Positions 46,560 to 56,365 are shown, numbered from the stretch's first letter. The stretch: 64,000 nucleotides of DNA from Verrucomicrobia bacterium UBA3624 (GCA_002373695.1 DFLH01000076.1:10035-74034); one strand, 5' to 3'. The notes: a model not told the origin generated them from the letters alone. Numbers and translations are program-made.

Positions 46560-46886
46560 CCCTACCCCGATCCCGCGCGTGGCGTGGACAAGGAGAAGCT
46601 GCGCACATGGCTGAAGCCTGTGGTGGAATTCCAGCGGCGCCACAACGCCAAGATATACGTCGGCGAGTTCTCCGCCTGCATCTATGCGCCCGGGGCGGGG
46701 CAGTATCTCAGGGACTGCATATCGCTCTTCGAGGAATACGGCTGGGACTGGACCTACCACTCCTTCCGAGAGTCTCTCTGGTGGAACGTGGAGACGGTGA
46801 TCGACGAGGTGACGGGCAAGCCCGTGCCGAACAAGGACAACGACCGTTTCCGCGCCCTCATCGACGGGTTCAAGGGAAAATGAAGC
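46560..46886 (+). pseudogene. 3' fragment (last 100 codons or so) of a GH5 gene, duplicated from 36600-36930
   Basis: About 90% nucleotide identity to the end of the GH5 gene at 35383-36927, including the stop and 9 bp beyond it. Encodes only the nucleophile region (IYVGEFSAC), and no N-terminal portion of the gene is present. Confidence 0.8.
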
Positions 46887-47047
46887 CGAGTATCAAAAAG
46901 TTCAGACCCTTTTGATACAGTAGATTGATACAGTAGAATGGTCACGGAATGGCAATTCGTCCTGCTGAACGTAATGGGGTAAATGGCACATGTAGACACT
47001 TGGGGCATTGGGCGCATCTGCGTTTTTCACCCATGCGGTTTGAGATT

Positions 47048-47356
47048 GGAAACAACCAGAACAACTGGTAAAAACAACTTTTAGAGAGGTGCGCGGGCTA
47101 ACCCGCCCGCGCTTTTTCTGCCTTCTGCATATCGTCTCCGATGGATTTTTGACATAATTGCGTCAGCGCAAGCGTGAAGAAGATTCCATGGAAGATGCCG
47201 CAGAACTGAAACGCCACATCTACGACATTGTGGGCGCATTGCACTCCGTCCACGATGAGCCAGGCCCCGGCATCAACGAATGTTCCAAAGCCGGCAAATG
47301 GGCACGGGCGAGTTAGCCCGTGCGCCAAAGGCAAGTTGTTTCAAATAGTTGTTTCC
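47048..47356. repeat. MITE-like element (long copy, 309 bp) with roughly 60-bp imperfect terminal inverted repeats
   Basis: Left end GGAAACAACCAGAACAACTGGTAAAAACAACTTTT..GCGCGGGCTAACCCGCCCGCGC. Right end reverse complement GGAAACAACTATTTGAAACAACTTGCC..GGCGCACGGGCTAACTCGCCCGTGCC. Same terminal motif as at 22708-22838. Confidence 0.6.
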
Positions 47357-47376
47357 AATCATCAGAAGGCTCGACG

Positions 47377-47709
47377 GTGAATTACGCAGATGTGCCCTGG
47401 GGCCGCAGGCGGTGGAACATCGAGGGCGGCTTCGGGGTCGAGAAGCACGGCGGCTTCGGCCTCGAGCACACCTTCTGCAACGACGACACGGCGGGGCGCA
47501 ACTACCACGTGCTCATGCAGATCGCCTACGTCCTGTGGCAGGTCTTCGACACGGGCGTGCTCTCGCGCCTCGCCGAGGGATGCCGCAAGCCGACGCAGGC
47601 GATGTGGGCGAAACTCCTCTTCGTGGCGATCCTCGTGCTTGGGCTCGCGTCGGTCCCCCGCATGGCACCGGGAGCGTTCCGAATGCGGCGCTGCCACCTC
47701 ATGGCCTGA
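47377..47709 (+). mobile_element. C-terminal remnant of a DDE transposase (IS4/IS701/IS1380-type C-terminal signature); N-terminal two-thirds absent
   Basis: RRRWNIEGGFGVEKHGGFGLEHTFCNDDTAGRNYHVLMQIAYVLWQ matches the conserved Y..RW.IE..F..LK...GLE......A......LAYNL block carrying the catalytic Glu. No DDE N-domain upstream. Confidence 0.55.
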
Positions 47710-47909
47710 AAGCCATTGGGAGTCGGCGTCCCAAGTCTCCATGCCGCAAACGTCCTCATCCTCCTTGCCATGGGGGAAAGGGGGCGGCTTGCCGCGAATC
47801 ACGACTTATTGAGTGCGACTGCATGAAAACACTGTCCCAGATGATGCGCCAGACGCGGCGAAGCCGTAGCGGCGCATCATTTGGAATTCTTGCTGGCGGC
47901 ATATCGCTT

Positions 47910-47939
47910 TTGACATGCGGGCGGAAATCATGGTATAAT
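47910..47939 (+). promoter_or_regulatory. Strong sigma70-type promoter for the DUF481 gene (-35 TTGACA, 18-nt spacer, extended -10 TGGTATAAT)
   Basis: Read directly, 38 nt upstream of the ATG at 47977; preceded by a large hairpin at 47839-47882. Confidence 0.6.
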
Positions 47940-47976
47940 ACGCCTTGTCAACCACCTTTGAAAGGCAGTTCTGTAA

Positions 47977-48996
47977 ATGTTCAGTAAAAAGACAGCAGTT
48001 GCGGCTTTGGCCGCGTCGTGCGTGTGGGCTGTGACGGCCGACACGATCGTGTTCAAGAGCGGTTCGCGCCTCAATGGCACGATAGTTCGCATCGTCGGTG
48101 GCGAAATCACCTTCAACAGCGATGATGTAGGCGAGATCAAGGTGGCCGCCGACAAGGTCGCAAGCCTGTCGACGGACAAGGCCAGCACTGTCCAGTACAA
48201 CGACAAGACGACCGAAGATGGCGTCGTCAACATGAAGGACGGCGCGTACACCGTGTCGGGCAAGTCTCTCGACATGGAGAATGTCAAGGCCGTCAATCCG
48301 GAAACGGAGACGTGGCACGGCAGCGTGAATTTCAGCGGCGCTGTGGCGCGCGGAAACACGGTAAGCGAATCGGCGACGATTCTCGCCGACGTCAACCGCC
48401 GCTGGGACAAGGATCGCTTGAAGGCCAACTTCGGCTACTACTACCAGCAGACGGGCACGTCCAAGGACGACAAGGAGAAGACGGAAGACCGTATCGTCCT
48501 GGAGGCGCAGGAAGACCACTTCTGGGCGACGAAGGTCTATTCCTACGTCAACGGCCGCTACGAGCGTGACGGCATCAACAATCTGCAGTATCGCTACCGC
48601 CTTGGCGCCGGTCTCGGCTACCAGTGGCTTGAGAACCAGAACTTCGATCTCACGGGCAAGTGGAGTTTCGATCAGGAAGCCGGCATGACATACGTGAAGG
48701 AGAAGTACGAGCATGAAAAGGATGACGACTATCCCGCGTTCCGCTACGCGCACCACCTGAAGTGGGCGCCGCGCTGGGTGGACAATTTCGAGCTGTTCCA
48801 CAACTTCGAGTATCTGCCTGACACGGATCAGTGGTCCGAACAGTATCTGATCATGACGGATGTCGGTTTCACGACGCAGCTGATCAAGAGCTGGCAGCTT
48901 ATCGGCAAGATCGAGTGGGACTACAACTCCAATCCGCCGCCGTCTACGAAGAAGAGCGATCTTCGCTACATCCTCGGTCTCGGCTACAAGTGGTAA
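47977..48996 (+). CDS. DUF481 family outer-membrane beta-barrel protein (YdiY-like)
   Basis: Signal peptide; alternating amphipathic beta-strand pattern; C-terminal LGLGYKW aromatic terminus. 339 aa. Confidence 0.65.
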   Translation: MFSKKTAVAALAASCVWAVTADTIVFKSGSRLNGTIVRIVGGEITFNSDDVGEIKVAADKVASLSTDKASTVQYNDKTTEDGVVNMKDGAYTVSGKSLDMENVKAVNPETETWHGSVNFSGAVARGNTVSESATILADVNRRWDKDRLKANFGYYYQQTGTSKDDKEKTEDRIVLEAQEDHFWATKVYSYVNGRYERDGINNLQYRYRLGAGLGYQWLENQNFDLTGKWSFDQEAGMTYVKEKYEHEKDDDYPAFRYAHHLKWAPRWVDNFELFHNFEYLPDTDQWSEQYLIMTDVGFTTQLIKSWQLIGKIEWDYNSNPPPSTKKSDLRYILGLGYKW

Positions 48997-49045
48997 CGGG
49001 CCACGCCATCTGACGATTGGCTGATGAAGGTGGAGAGGTGATACG

Positions 49046-50500
49046 ATGAAGATTGCGTTCGCCTCTCCACCGCTGCCTTCCGGGAAGGGGGTGCCGCTCC
49101 TTTCCCAGAACAGGCAGTTCCAATGGTTCTCCCGTCCCACCTACATCTTTCCCGTCGTTCCGGCGACGGCGGCTACGATGTTGAAAAAGGAGGGCCACGA
49201 GGTCTTCTGGCTTGATGGCATAGCCGAAGAGTGGACGCCAGAGGAATTCGAGAGGCGGCTTGCCGCATGCGAACCGGATCTCGTCGTGGTGGAGACCAAG
49301 ACGCCGGTGGTGAAACGGCACTGGAAATGGATGGCGGAGCATGCGGGCTGCGAACCGCGAACAGCGAAATACGTCCTGGTGGGAGATCATGTCACGGCAT
49401 TGCCAGACGAGACCATGGCGGCGTGTCCTGTCGATTACGTGCTGACGGGCGGCGATTGGGATTTCCTGCTGAAGAACCTTGTCTGTTCCGGCTTCGATCC
49501 GTCCAGGTTCGAGCACGGAATATGGTATCGGGACGGAGGCGAGGTGCTGAACACCGGACGGTTCCAGCTTGACCACGACCTGAACTCGGCGCCGTGGATC
49601 GACCGCGACCTGTGCCATTGGAAGCTCTATGCCGTGAAGAACGGCAATTTCAGGCGTACGCCTGGCACGTACATCATGTCTGGCCGCGACTGCTGGCATG
49701 CCAAGTGCACGTTCTGCAGCTGGACGACGCTGTATCCCCGCTACCGTACGCGCAATCCTATCGACGTCGTTGACGAAATCGGAGACCTGATAGAGCGCTA
49801 CGGAGTAAGGGAAATAATGGACGACTCCGGTTCCTTCCCGGTCGGGCCGTGGATGAAGACTTTCTGCGACGAGATGATCGCTCGCGGCTACAACAAGAAG
49901 CTGCGCATCGACTGCAACATGCGTTTCGGGCGTTTGACGTACGACGATTACGCGCTCATGCGCAAGGCAGGGTTTCGTCTCGTTCTTTTCGGGGTGGAGT
50001 CGGCCAACCAGTACACGCTGGACAGGTTCGTCAAGGCTCTCAAGGTTGAGGATGTCGAGAAGGGCGCGGAGTGGGCCAGCAAAGCCGGTCTTGACGTGCA
50101 TCTCACGTTCATGTTCGGCCATGCCTGGGAAGGCCCTGCCGAGATCGCGAACACCGTGCGGCTAGCCCGCAAGATGCTCGCGAAGGGCTGGGCTTCCACT
50201 CTCCAGTGCACCATGACTATTCCCTACCCCGGCACGCCTCTCTTCAAGGAGCTGAAGGAGAACAACGGCCTGACCACGCTGGATTGGGACGAGTACGACA
50301 TGCGACGGCAGATCACCAAGACGCCGCTTGTCACGGAGGCTGAAATCAAGGAGGCCGTCCGCGAGGTCTACAGGGGATTCTTCCAGCCGGCCGCGCTGTT
50401 TCGCCGCCTGTTCTCCACGCGTACGCTCTTCGATCTTGGATTCTACTATCGTGGGTTCCGCTCGCTGTGGGGGCATCTTCTTGATTTCCGCCGGACGTGA
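49046..50500 (+). CDS. B12-binding-domain radical SAM protein with a non-canonical CX4CX2C cluster motif
   Basis: N-terminal B12-binding-like domain (MKIAFASPPLP...) followed by a radical SAM core carrying RDCWHAKCTFC (C-x4-C-x2-C); 484 aa. Confidence 0.7.
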   Translation: MKIAFASPPLPSGKGVPLLSQNRQFQWFSRPTYIFPVVPATAATMLKKEGHEVFWLDGIAEEWTPEEFERRLAACEPDLVVVETKTPVVKRHWKWMAEHAGCEPRTAKYVLVGDHVTALPDETMAACPVDYVLTGGDWDFLLKNLVCSGFDPSRFEHGIWYRDGGEVLNTGRFQLDHDLNSAPWIDRDLCHWKLYAVKNGNFRRTPGTYIMSGRDCWHAKCTFCSWTTLYPRYRTRNPIDVVDEIGDLIERYGVREIMDDSGSFPVGPWMKTFCDEMIARGYNKKLRIDCNMRFGRLTYDDYALMRKAGFRLVLFGVESANQYTLDRFVKALKVEDVEKGAEWASKAGLDVHLTFMFGHAWEGPAEIANTVRLARKMLAKGWASTLQCTMTIPYPGTPLFKELKENNGLTTLDWDEYDMRRQITKTPLVTEAEIKEAVREVYRGFFQPAALFRRLFSTRTLFDLGFYYRGFRSLWGHLLDFRRT

Positions 50501-50563
50501 CTTGCCTCCGAATGCCTGGCGAATCGCATTGACGGATGCTCTGCGAACGGGTATACTTGGCGC

Positions 50564-51193
50564 ATGGATTCAATGCTTGTCTACGGCTTGTCGCTTCTTG
50601 CGGCGTATGTTATCGGTTCCATTCCGTTCGGCTTCCTGATCGGAAAGATGCGCGGCGTGGATGTCAGAACCGTCGGTTCAAGAAACATCGGAGCCACCAA
50701 CGTCTATAGAACCGTCGGGCATTCATGGGGTTTCCTCGCCTTCTTCTGCGATTTTCTGAAGGGGCTGCTGCCCACGATTGTGGCCCAGACGTTGGCTGCA
50801 CGGTCGGGAGAGGCGTCGCTGGCCTGTCTTCCGCTTGCAGTGGGCGTAATGACGGTCGCTGGGCACATGTGGACGTGTTTCATGCGCTTCAAGGGCGGCA
50901 AAGGCATCGCGACAGGCTTCGGCATGCTGGTGGCGCTGATACCGTGGCTGGTGCTTGCGGCGTTCGGCATCTTCGTGGTGACGGTATGGATTTCGCACTA
51001 CATTTCCCTCGGATCCATCCTGGCAGCGGCATTCCTGCTTGTGTCCGTGTGGTTTCCCGTGCTTGGAACGCCGGGCTGGCGCGGCAACCTGCCGCAGTGC
51101 TTGCTGGTGGCTTTTGTGGCTGCATTTGCCATATGGAAGCACAAGTCTAACATCCAGCGCCTTGCCGCCGGGTGCGAAAACAAGATTTATTGA
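50564..51193 (+). CDS. plsY: Glycerol-3-phosphate acyltransferase PlsY
   Basis: GSIPFGFLIGK, GSRNIGATN and KGGKGIATGFG motifs; five-TM small protein. Confidence 0.85.
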   Translation: MDSMLVYGLSLLAAYVIGSIPFGFLIGKMRGVDVRTVGSRNIGATNVYRTVGHSWGFLAFFCDFLKGLLPTIVAQTLAARSGEASLACLPLAVGVMTVAGHMWTCFMRFKGGKGIATGFGMLVALIPWLVLAAFGIFVVTVWISHYISLGSILAAAFLLVSVWFPVLGTPGWRGNLPQCLLVAFVAAFAIWKHKSNIQRLAAGCENKIY

Positions 51194-51215
51194 GGACGGA
51201 CAGGAGGCGTAGGCG

Positions 51216-52484
51216 ATGACATTGACGCGAAGGAGCTTCATGACGGCGGCGGGTGCTCTAGCGGCCGCCCCGGCGGTTCTGGGCGATGCCAGGAGGGTTT
51301 TCAAGGTGGGGCTGGTCGGTTGCGGCGGCCGCGGCACTGGCGCCATCCAGAACATCATGGATGCGGCCGAACTTCTGGGATGCAAGGTGGTGCTGACGGC
51401 GGCGGCGGACTTTTTCGTGGACAAGGCGAAAACTGTATGCAAGAAATACGGCGTGGACGAAAAACTGGCGTTTGGCGGCGCAAGCGGCTACAAGGACGTC
51501 ATCGCGTCAGGATGCGAGATAGTGCTTCTCTGCACACCGCCGTTCTTCCGGCCGCGTCAGATGGCGGCCTGCGTGGCCGCGGGAAAGCACGTCTTCGCCG
51601 AGAAGCCTGTCGCCACAGACCCGCGCGGCCTTCGGGAATTCCTCAAGACCGTCGGCGATGCGAAGGCGAAGAACCTCTCCGTCCTGGCCGGAACCCTCCA
51701 TCGCCATTCCAACAGGTTCCTGAAGCAGCTGGCGCCGGTGCGCAACGGGTGCATCGGAAAGATATTGTCCGGACGCGTGTATCGCTGCCACGGGCCGATA
51801 TGGGTGAGACCGCGGCGCATGGAGGATACGAACGCCTCGTATCTCTGCAACAACTGGTATCATTTCTGGGAGATGAGCGGCGACCAGGTGACGGAACAGG
51901 CTATTCACGAAGTGGACAACGCCAACTGGTTCATCGGCCGCTACCCGGTCAATGCCATCGGCATTGGAGCGCGCTGGCGCCGTCCGGCCGGCATCGGCGA
52001 CATCTACGACGAGATTGCCATAGATTTCGACTACGGAGACGAATTGCACGTGACGACCATCGGACGGCACATGAACGGATGCTCCAATCTCGTAGGGACG
52101 CGCCTTGTCGGGACCGAGGGCGAGATATCCATGGGGAACAGGATAAAGCGATGGGACGGAAAACCCGTGGAAGAGGATCTCGCGGCAATAGCCGGCAGGC
52201 CGGACAAGGGTGTCGTGGCGGAACATGTGGATTTCCTCGCCGGCCTGCTGGACGGGAATCTTCTCTGCGAGGGCGAGCAGGTGGCGATGTCCACCGCCAC
52301 CTGCATCATGGGCACGCTCGCCGCCTATTCGGGCCGCATGGTGAGAATGCGCGACCTGCTTGAGAACGAAAGGTCGGAATTCTTCAACGGCTGGAATGCC
52401 GCATTCACTCCAAAGCAGTTCGAGGAGACGAACGACATACCGGTTCCGCCGGAAGGTGTGGCCATAATGCCGGGAAAGGCGTGA
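51216..52484 (+). CDS. Gfo/Idh/MocA family oxidoreductase with Tat signal peptide
   Basis: Tat motif RRSFMTAAGALAAAPAV; Rossmann segment KVGLVGCGGRGTG; EKP motif VFAEKPVA. Confidence 0.8.
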   Translation: MTLTRRSFMTAAGALAAAPAVLGDARRVFKVGLVGCGGRGTGAIQNIMDAAELLGCKVVLTAAADFFVDKAKTVCKKYGVDEKLAFGGASGYKDVIASGCEIVLLCTPPFFRPRQMAACVAAGKHVFAEKPVATDPRGLREFLKTVGDAKAKNLSVLAGTLHRHSNRFLKQLAPVRNGCIGKILSGRVYRCHGPIWVRPRRMEDTNASYLCNNWYHFWEMSGDQVTEQAIHEVDNANWFIGRYPVNAIGIGARWRRPAGIGDIYDEIAIDFDYGDELHVTTIGRHMNGCSNLVGTRLVGTEGEISMGNRIKRWDGKPVEEDLAAIAGRPDKGVVAEHVDFLAGLLDGNLLCEGEQVAMSTATCIMGTLAAYSGRMVRMRDLLENERSEFFNGWNAAFTPKQFEETNDIPVPPEGVAIMPGKA

Positions 52485-52488
52485 GCAG

Positions 52489-52707
52489 TTGGAAGAGTTT
52501 CTCACATTTGCGGCGGAAGTGATGGGCGTCCCGCGTGACATGCTGGCGCCCGGCACCGGGTATGGCACGATTCCCGAGTGGGACAGCGTGATGCATCTTC
52601 GCCTCGTGATGGAGACCGAGGCGAAGTACGGCGTGTCGGTACCGCTGGAGAAGATTCCCGAATTGAAGACGTTGGCCGACTTCGCATCCGTAGCGAAGTT
52701 GGCATGA
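52489..52707 (+). CDS. Small acyl/peptidyl carrier protein-like protein (PP-binding)
   Basis: 72 aa, acidic. EWDSVMHLRL resembles the phosphopantetheine attachment motif (DSL/DSV). TTG start 5 nt after the upstream stop suggests translational coupling. Confidence 0.5.
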   Translation: MEEFLTFAAEVMGVPRDMLAPGTGYGTIPEWDSVMHLRLVMETEAKYGVSVPLEKIPELKTLADFASVAKLA

Positions 52708-52728
52708 CGCTGCGATAAAAGAGAAGGA

Positions 52729-54291
52729 GTGCGCGATACCATGGGAAAATGCATGATGGCGACAGCGGCAATCGTCGTGGCGACATGTCTGGCGGCAGAT
52801 CCGGGAGCGCGTACGACGGTGCGTCCGGATGCCACCAGGGAAGCGCTGGTCAACCCGGGCATGGGATGGGTGTTCTACTACTACGACAATTCGAACTGGA
52901 ACTACGGTGCGGATACGAAGCCGGGCGACACTCTGGACTGGTTCCCCGGCTGCTCTACGATCTACTTTCGTCTGCCGTGGCGTGATCTCGAGCCGGTGGA
53001 GGGCGAGATGCGCTGGGATGTGATCGATTCCGTGGCGCAGGAGTGGATCGCGGCCGGGAAGCAGATCGCGTTTCGTTTCACATGCAGCGAGTCCGGCTAC
53101 GAATTCGCCGTGCCCGAATGGCTGCCGGCCGCAGGCGCCAAAGGCGGCTTCCACCAGATGAAACGGAAAGGCAGGGATGATCCCGGCCGCCGGGTGTACG
53201 AGCCCGACTTCCTCGATCCCGTCTTCCTGGCGAAGCTGGAGAACTTCCTTGCGGCTGCCGGCAGGAGGTGGAACGGGAATCCGTCCGTGGCGTTCATCGA
53301 TGTAGGCAGCTTCGGCATGTGGGGCGAGGGGCATACGGGGTTCACATCGAAGATACCTGCCGACAGGGCGCGCAAGATCGCGCTCGTGCACGCGCGGCTG
53401 CACAAGAAGCATTTTCCAGACACGCCGGTATTGATCTCCGACGACGTCGCGAGCACTTCCAGCAAGGACATGGCGGATCCGACCATGGCGGCGCTGCGTG
53501 AAATGGGCGTCGGCTTGCGAGACGATTCAATCATGGTTTCCCCGCGGCCGCGCCAATGGTTCCACGACGGGTGGGCCCGCCAGTTCGTCAAGTCAGGGCT
53601 GCCGGTGATGGTGGAGTCCCGCCATTTCTTCCCGGACAGCGTGCCGGAATGCTGGTACGAAGGAGGCTTGTACGAATCCACCATCGCCTACCAGGCGAGT
53701 TTCCAGGCCATCCACTGGTGGCCGGACGAGCTGCTGGAACGCAACCGGGCCGAAGTGGAACGGACGAATCTGCGCATGGGATACCGTTTCGTACCCAAGG
53801 AAGTCGGTTGGCCAACGACGGTTCGCCTTGGCGAGAAATGCGAGATCCTCGCCACATGGGTGAATGCCGGCGTGGCGCCGCCATGCGAAGAGCTTGTCGC
53901 CGCATGGACGCTGCTGGACGAAAAGGGTACGGTGATGTGGACGTGCGTGGACGAGAAGTTCGACTTCAGGACCCTGCCGCCTACGCTGGAGGACGGCGAA
54001 AAGCCCGTCAAGCGCGCAAGCAGCGTCAGGTTCGGGTGGGATTGGCCGTACAACGGGAACTATTACGGGACTCCAGACCCGGACGTGCGTCATGACGGCA
54101 CGTTGAAGCGTCACGGCCCTCGCGTGCCGACGCTTGCGCCGGGCGAATACGACCTGTGCGTGTCGCTAGGCCGGCGCGACGGCACGCCGCGCATTGCGCT
54201 TCCGCTGAAGAGCGGCGTCGGCGCCACACGCCGGTACAGGCTGGGAACGGTTCGCGTAATGGTTCCAGCCGGCTGCGGAACGGGACAGTGA
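52729..54291 (+). CDS. DUF4874/DUF4832 family protein (predicted glycoside-hydrolase-like)
   Basis: Signal peptide; NPGMGWVFYYYDNSNWNYG is a typical DUF4874 start; 520 aa. Confidence 0.6.
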   Translation: MRDTMGKCMMATAAIVVATCLAADPGARTTVRPDATREALVNPGMGWVFYYYDNSNWNYGADTKPGDTLDWFPGCSTIYFRLPWRDLEPVEGEMRWDVIDSVAQEWIAAGKQIAFRFTCSESGYEFAVPEWLPAAGAKGGFHQMKRKGRDDPGRRVYEPDFLDPVFLAKLENFLAAAGRRWNGNPSVAFIDVGSFGMWGEGHTGFTSKIPADRARKIALVHARLHKKHFPDTPVLISDDVASTSSKDMADPTMAALREMGVGLRDDSIMVSPRPRQWFHDGWARQFVKSGLPVMVESRHFFPDSVPECWYEGGLYESTIAYQASFQAIHWWPDELLERNRAEVERTNLRMGYRFVPKEVGWPTTVRLGEKCEILATWVNAGVAPPCEELVAAWTLLDEKGTVMWTCVDEKFDFRTLPPTLEDGEKPVKRASSVRFGWDWPYNGNYYGTPDPDVRHDGTLKRHGPRVPTLAPGEYDLCVSLGRRDGTPRIALPLKSGVGATRRYRLGTVRVMVPAGCGTGQ

Positions 54292-54351
54292 CGGGGCTTT
54301 TTGATATACTTCATCCGGTCCGCCGCAGTTGCGGGCAGAAAGGATTATGAT

Positions 54352-55134
54352 ATGGCGATAGTCATCCATCCCACGGCAATCGTGGACAAGAACGCGCAGC
54401 TCGGCGAAGGCGTCGAGATCGGGCCCTATGCGACCGTGGAAGGCACGGTCAGGATCGGGGCCGGCACCGTGGTGCAGCAGGGTGCGATCATTCGCGGACA
54501 TACGACAATTGGCGAGAAATGCCAGATATTCCCCTACGCGTGCATCGGCATGAAGACGCAGGATTTGAAGTACCAGGAGGGTTCCGTGAGCTATGTGGAG
54601 ATCGGCGACCGCACGGTGATCCGCGAGTTCGCGACCGTCCATCTCGGCACCGCAGACGGGGAGAGGACGATCATCGGCAGCGATTGCCTCTTCATGGCCT
54701 ATTGCCACGCGGCGCACGGGGTCATACTCGGAAACCATGTGATCTGCTCCAACAGCGTGCAGCTCGCCGGCGACGTGCACATACAGGACTGGGCGATCAT
54801 AGGCGGATGTGCGGCGGCGCACCAGTTCTGCACCGTCGGCAGGCATGCGATGGTCGGCGGAATGTGCAAGATCCGCCAGGACGTGCCGCCGTTCATGCTG
54901 AGCGACATGCAGGACGGCTCGATGCGCGTGATAGGGCCGAACGTGGTGGGGCTTACGCGGCGCGGGTTCCCGAAGGAGGTCATACAGGCGTTGAAGGAGG
55001 CGTTCAGGTTCATATACCACAGCGGCATGAACCGTTCGCAGGCCCTGGAACGTGTGGAGAACGACGTCGAGCCGTTCGATGAAGTAAGGGAACTTGTGGC
55101 GTTCTACCGCAATTCAACCCGCGGGGTGTGCTGA
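54352..55134 (+). CDS. lpxA: Acyl-ACP--UDP-N-acetylglucosamine O-acyltransferase
   Basis: Hexapeptide-repeat left-handed beta-helix (IHPTAIVDKNAQLGEGVEIGPYATVEG...) plus the LpxA C-terminal helical domain; 260 aa. Confidence 0.85.
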   Translation: MAIVIHPTAIVDKNAQLGEGVEIGPYATVEGTVRIGAGTVVQQGAIIRGHTTIGEKCQIFPYACIGMKTQDLKYQEGSVSYVEIGDRTVIREFATVHLGTADGERTIIGSDCLFMAYCHAAHGVILGNHVICSNSVQLAGDVHIQDWAIIGGCAAAHQFCTVGRHAMVGGMCKIRQDVPPFMLSDMQDGSMRVIGPNVVGLTRRGFPKEVIQALKEAFRFIYHSGMNRSQALERVENDVEPFDEVRELVAFYRNSTRGVC

Positions 55135-55135
55135 A

Positions 55136-56365
55136 ATGGCTGGAATGGAGGGGTCGTCATTGAAAGGCGGTTTCACGGGGGCGACGCTCGATTCGCGGCT
55201 TGTGAAACCGGGAATGCTGTTCGTGGCAGTCAAGGGTGAACGCGTGGACGGCCATGATTTCATTCCGCAGGCCATGGCCGCCGGCGCGGCGGGGATCGTG
55301 GACGGGCGCGAAGAGCTGGCTACGGTTGCGCGCGAATACCGGAAGACGCTGAAGGCCGTCGTGATCGGCGTCACCGGCAGCGCGGGAAAGACCACGGTGA
55401 AGGAGCTGACGGCGGCGTTTCTGCGCTCCGGAGGTTTCAAGGTGCATGCCACGGCCGGCAACTTCAACAACGATCTCGGTCTGCCGCTGACCATCCTCAA
55501 CTGCCCGGAAGACGCGGATTTCCTCGTCGTGGAGATGGGCACCAACCATCCCGGTGAAATCGCGCATCTTGTCGATATAGCACGGCCTTGCGCAGGGCTG
55601 ATCAGCTCCATCGGCACGGCGCATATCGAATTCTTCAAAACGCAGGACGGCATCGCCGACGAGAAGGGGATGCTGTTCAGGTCTCTTCCGCCAGACGGTT
55701 TCGCGGTGTTGGCGAGGGAGAACGACCGCTACGACCGCTTGTGCGCGATGAGCGCCGCCCCTGTCGTGACCGTTTCGCAGGACGACCGGGAGGCGGAGCC
55801 GGTGCGCAAGGCCCTCGCGGTGCGCCTGCCTGGGCGCCACAACGTCTCAAACGCCCTGATCGCCGCCGCCTGTGCGCGCAAGTTTGGCGTTCCGCTTGAC
55901 AGCTGCCTGGAGGCGTTGAAGGCGTTCGCCCTGCCTGGCGACCGCTGGCGCGTGGTGGAACGTGGCGGGCTGACATACATCTCGGATTGCTACAACGCCA
56001 ATCCAACAAGCATGATCGCGGCGTTGGAGACGTTTGCGGGAGTTCCGGCGCAAGGACGCAGAATCGCGGTTCTGGGGGACATGTTCGAGCTTGGCGAGAA
56101 AAGCGGCGAATTGCATGACGCGGTGCTGCGGAAGGCGTTGTCCCTGCCGCTGGACGCGGTGGCGCTCGTCGGCGGAGGATTCTCTGCGGCATGCGGCCGT
56201 GCGGGTGGCGGAGACGCCTTGGAGAGAGTGACGTCGTTGGGGAATCTTGCCGAAACGAAGAAGTTCCTGGCCGGCTTTTCCAGGGCTGGAGACGTCATCA
56301 TGCTCAAGGCGTCGCATGGAATGCATCTGGAGCGGCTGCTGGAACCGGAAGAAGATGTTCGGTAG
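55136..56365 (+). CDS. murF: UDP-N-acetylmuramoyl-tripeptide--D-alanyl-D-alanine ligase
   Basis: N-domain LDSRLVKPGMLFVAVKGERVDGHDF, P-loop GVTGSAGKTT and a Mur ligase C-domain; its ATG overlaps the lpxA stop. Confidence 0.85.
   Translation: MAGMEGSSLKGGFTGATLDSRLVKPGMLFVAVKGERVDGHDFIPQAMAAGAAGIVDGREELATVAREYRKTLKAVVIGVTGSAGKTTVKELTAAFLRSGGFKVHATAGNFNNDLGLPLTILNCPEDADFLVVEMGTNHPGEIAHLVDIARPCAGLISSIGTAHIEFFKTQDGIADEKGMLFRSLPPDGFAVLARENDRYDRLCAMSAAPVVTVSQDDREAEPVRKALAVRLPGRHNVSNALIAAACARKFGVPLDSCLEALKAFALPGDRWRVVERGGLTYISDCYNANPTSMIAALETFAGVPAQGRRIAVLGDMFELGEKSGELHDAVLRKALSLPLDAVALVGGGFSAACGRAGGGDALERVTSLGNLAETKKFLAGFSRAGDVIMLKASHGMHLERLLEPEEDVR

Noticed and set aside
47098-47334. 78-aa ORF inside the long MITE-like element
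   Set aside because: Lies wholly within the inverted-repeat element and spans its hairpin regions; no RBS and no protein-like features. It is probably not a gene.
47806-49140. 444-aa minus-strand ORF
   Set aside because: Antisense to the DUF481 gene, which has its own consensus promoter and signal peptide.
51507-52862. 451-aa minus-strand ORF and several other antisense ORFs between 50700 and 56500
   Set aside because: They overlap well-supported plsY, oxidoreductase, lpxA and murF genes in antisense; Arg-rich.
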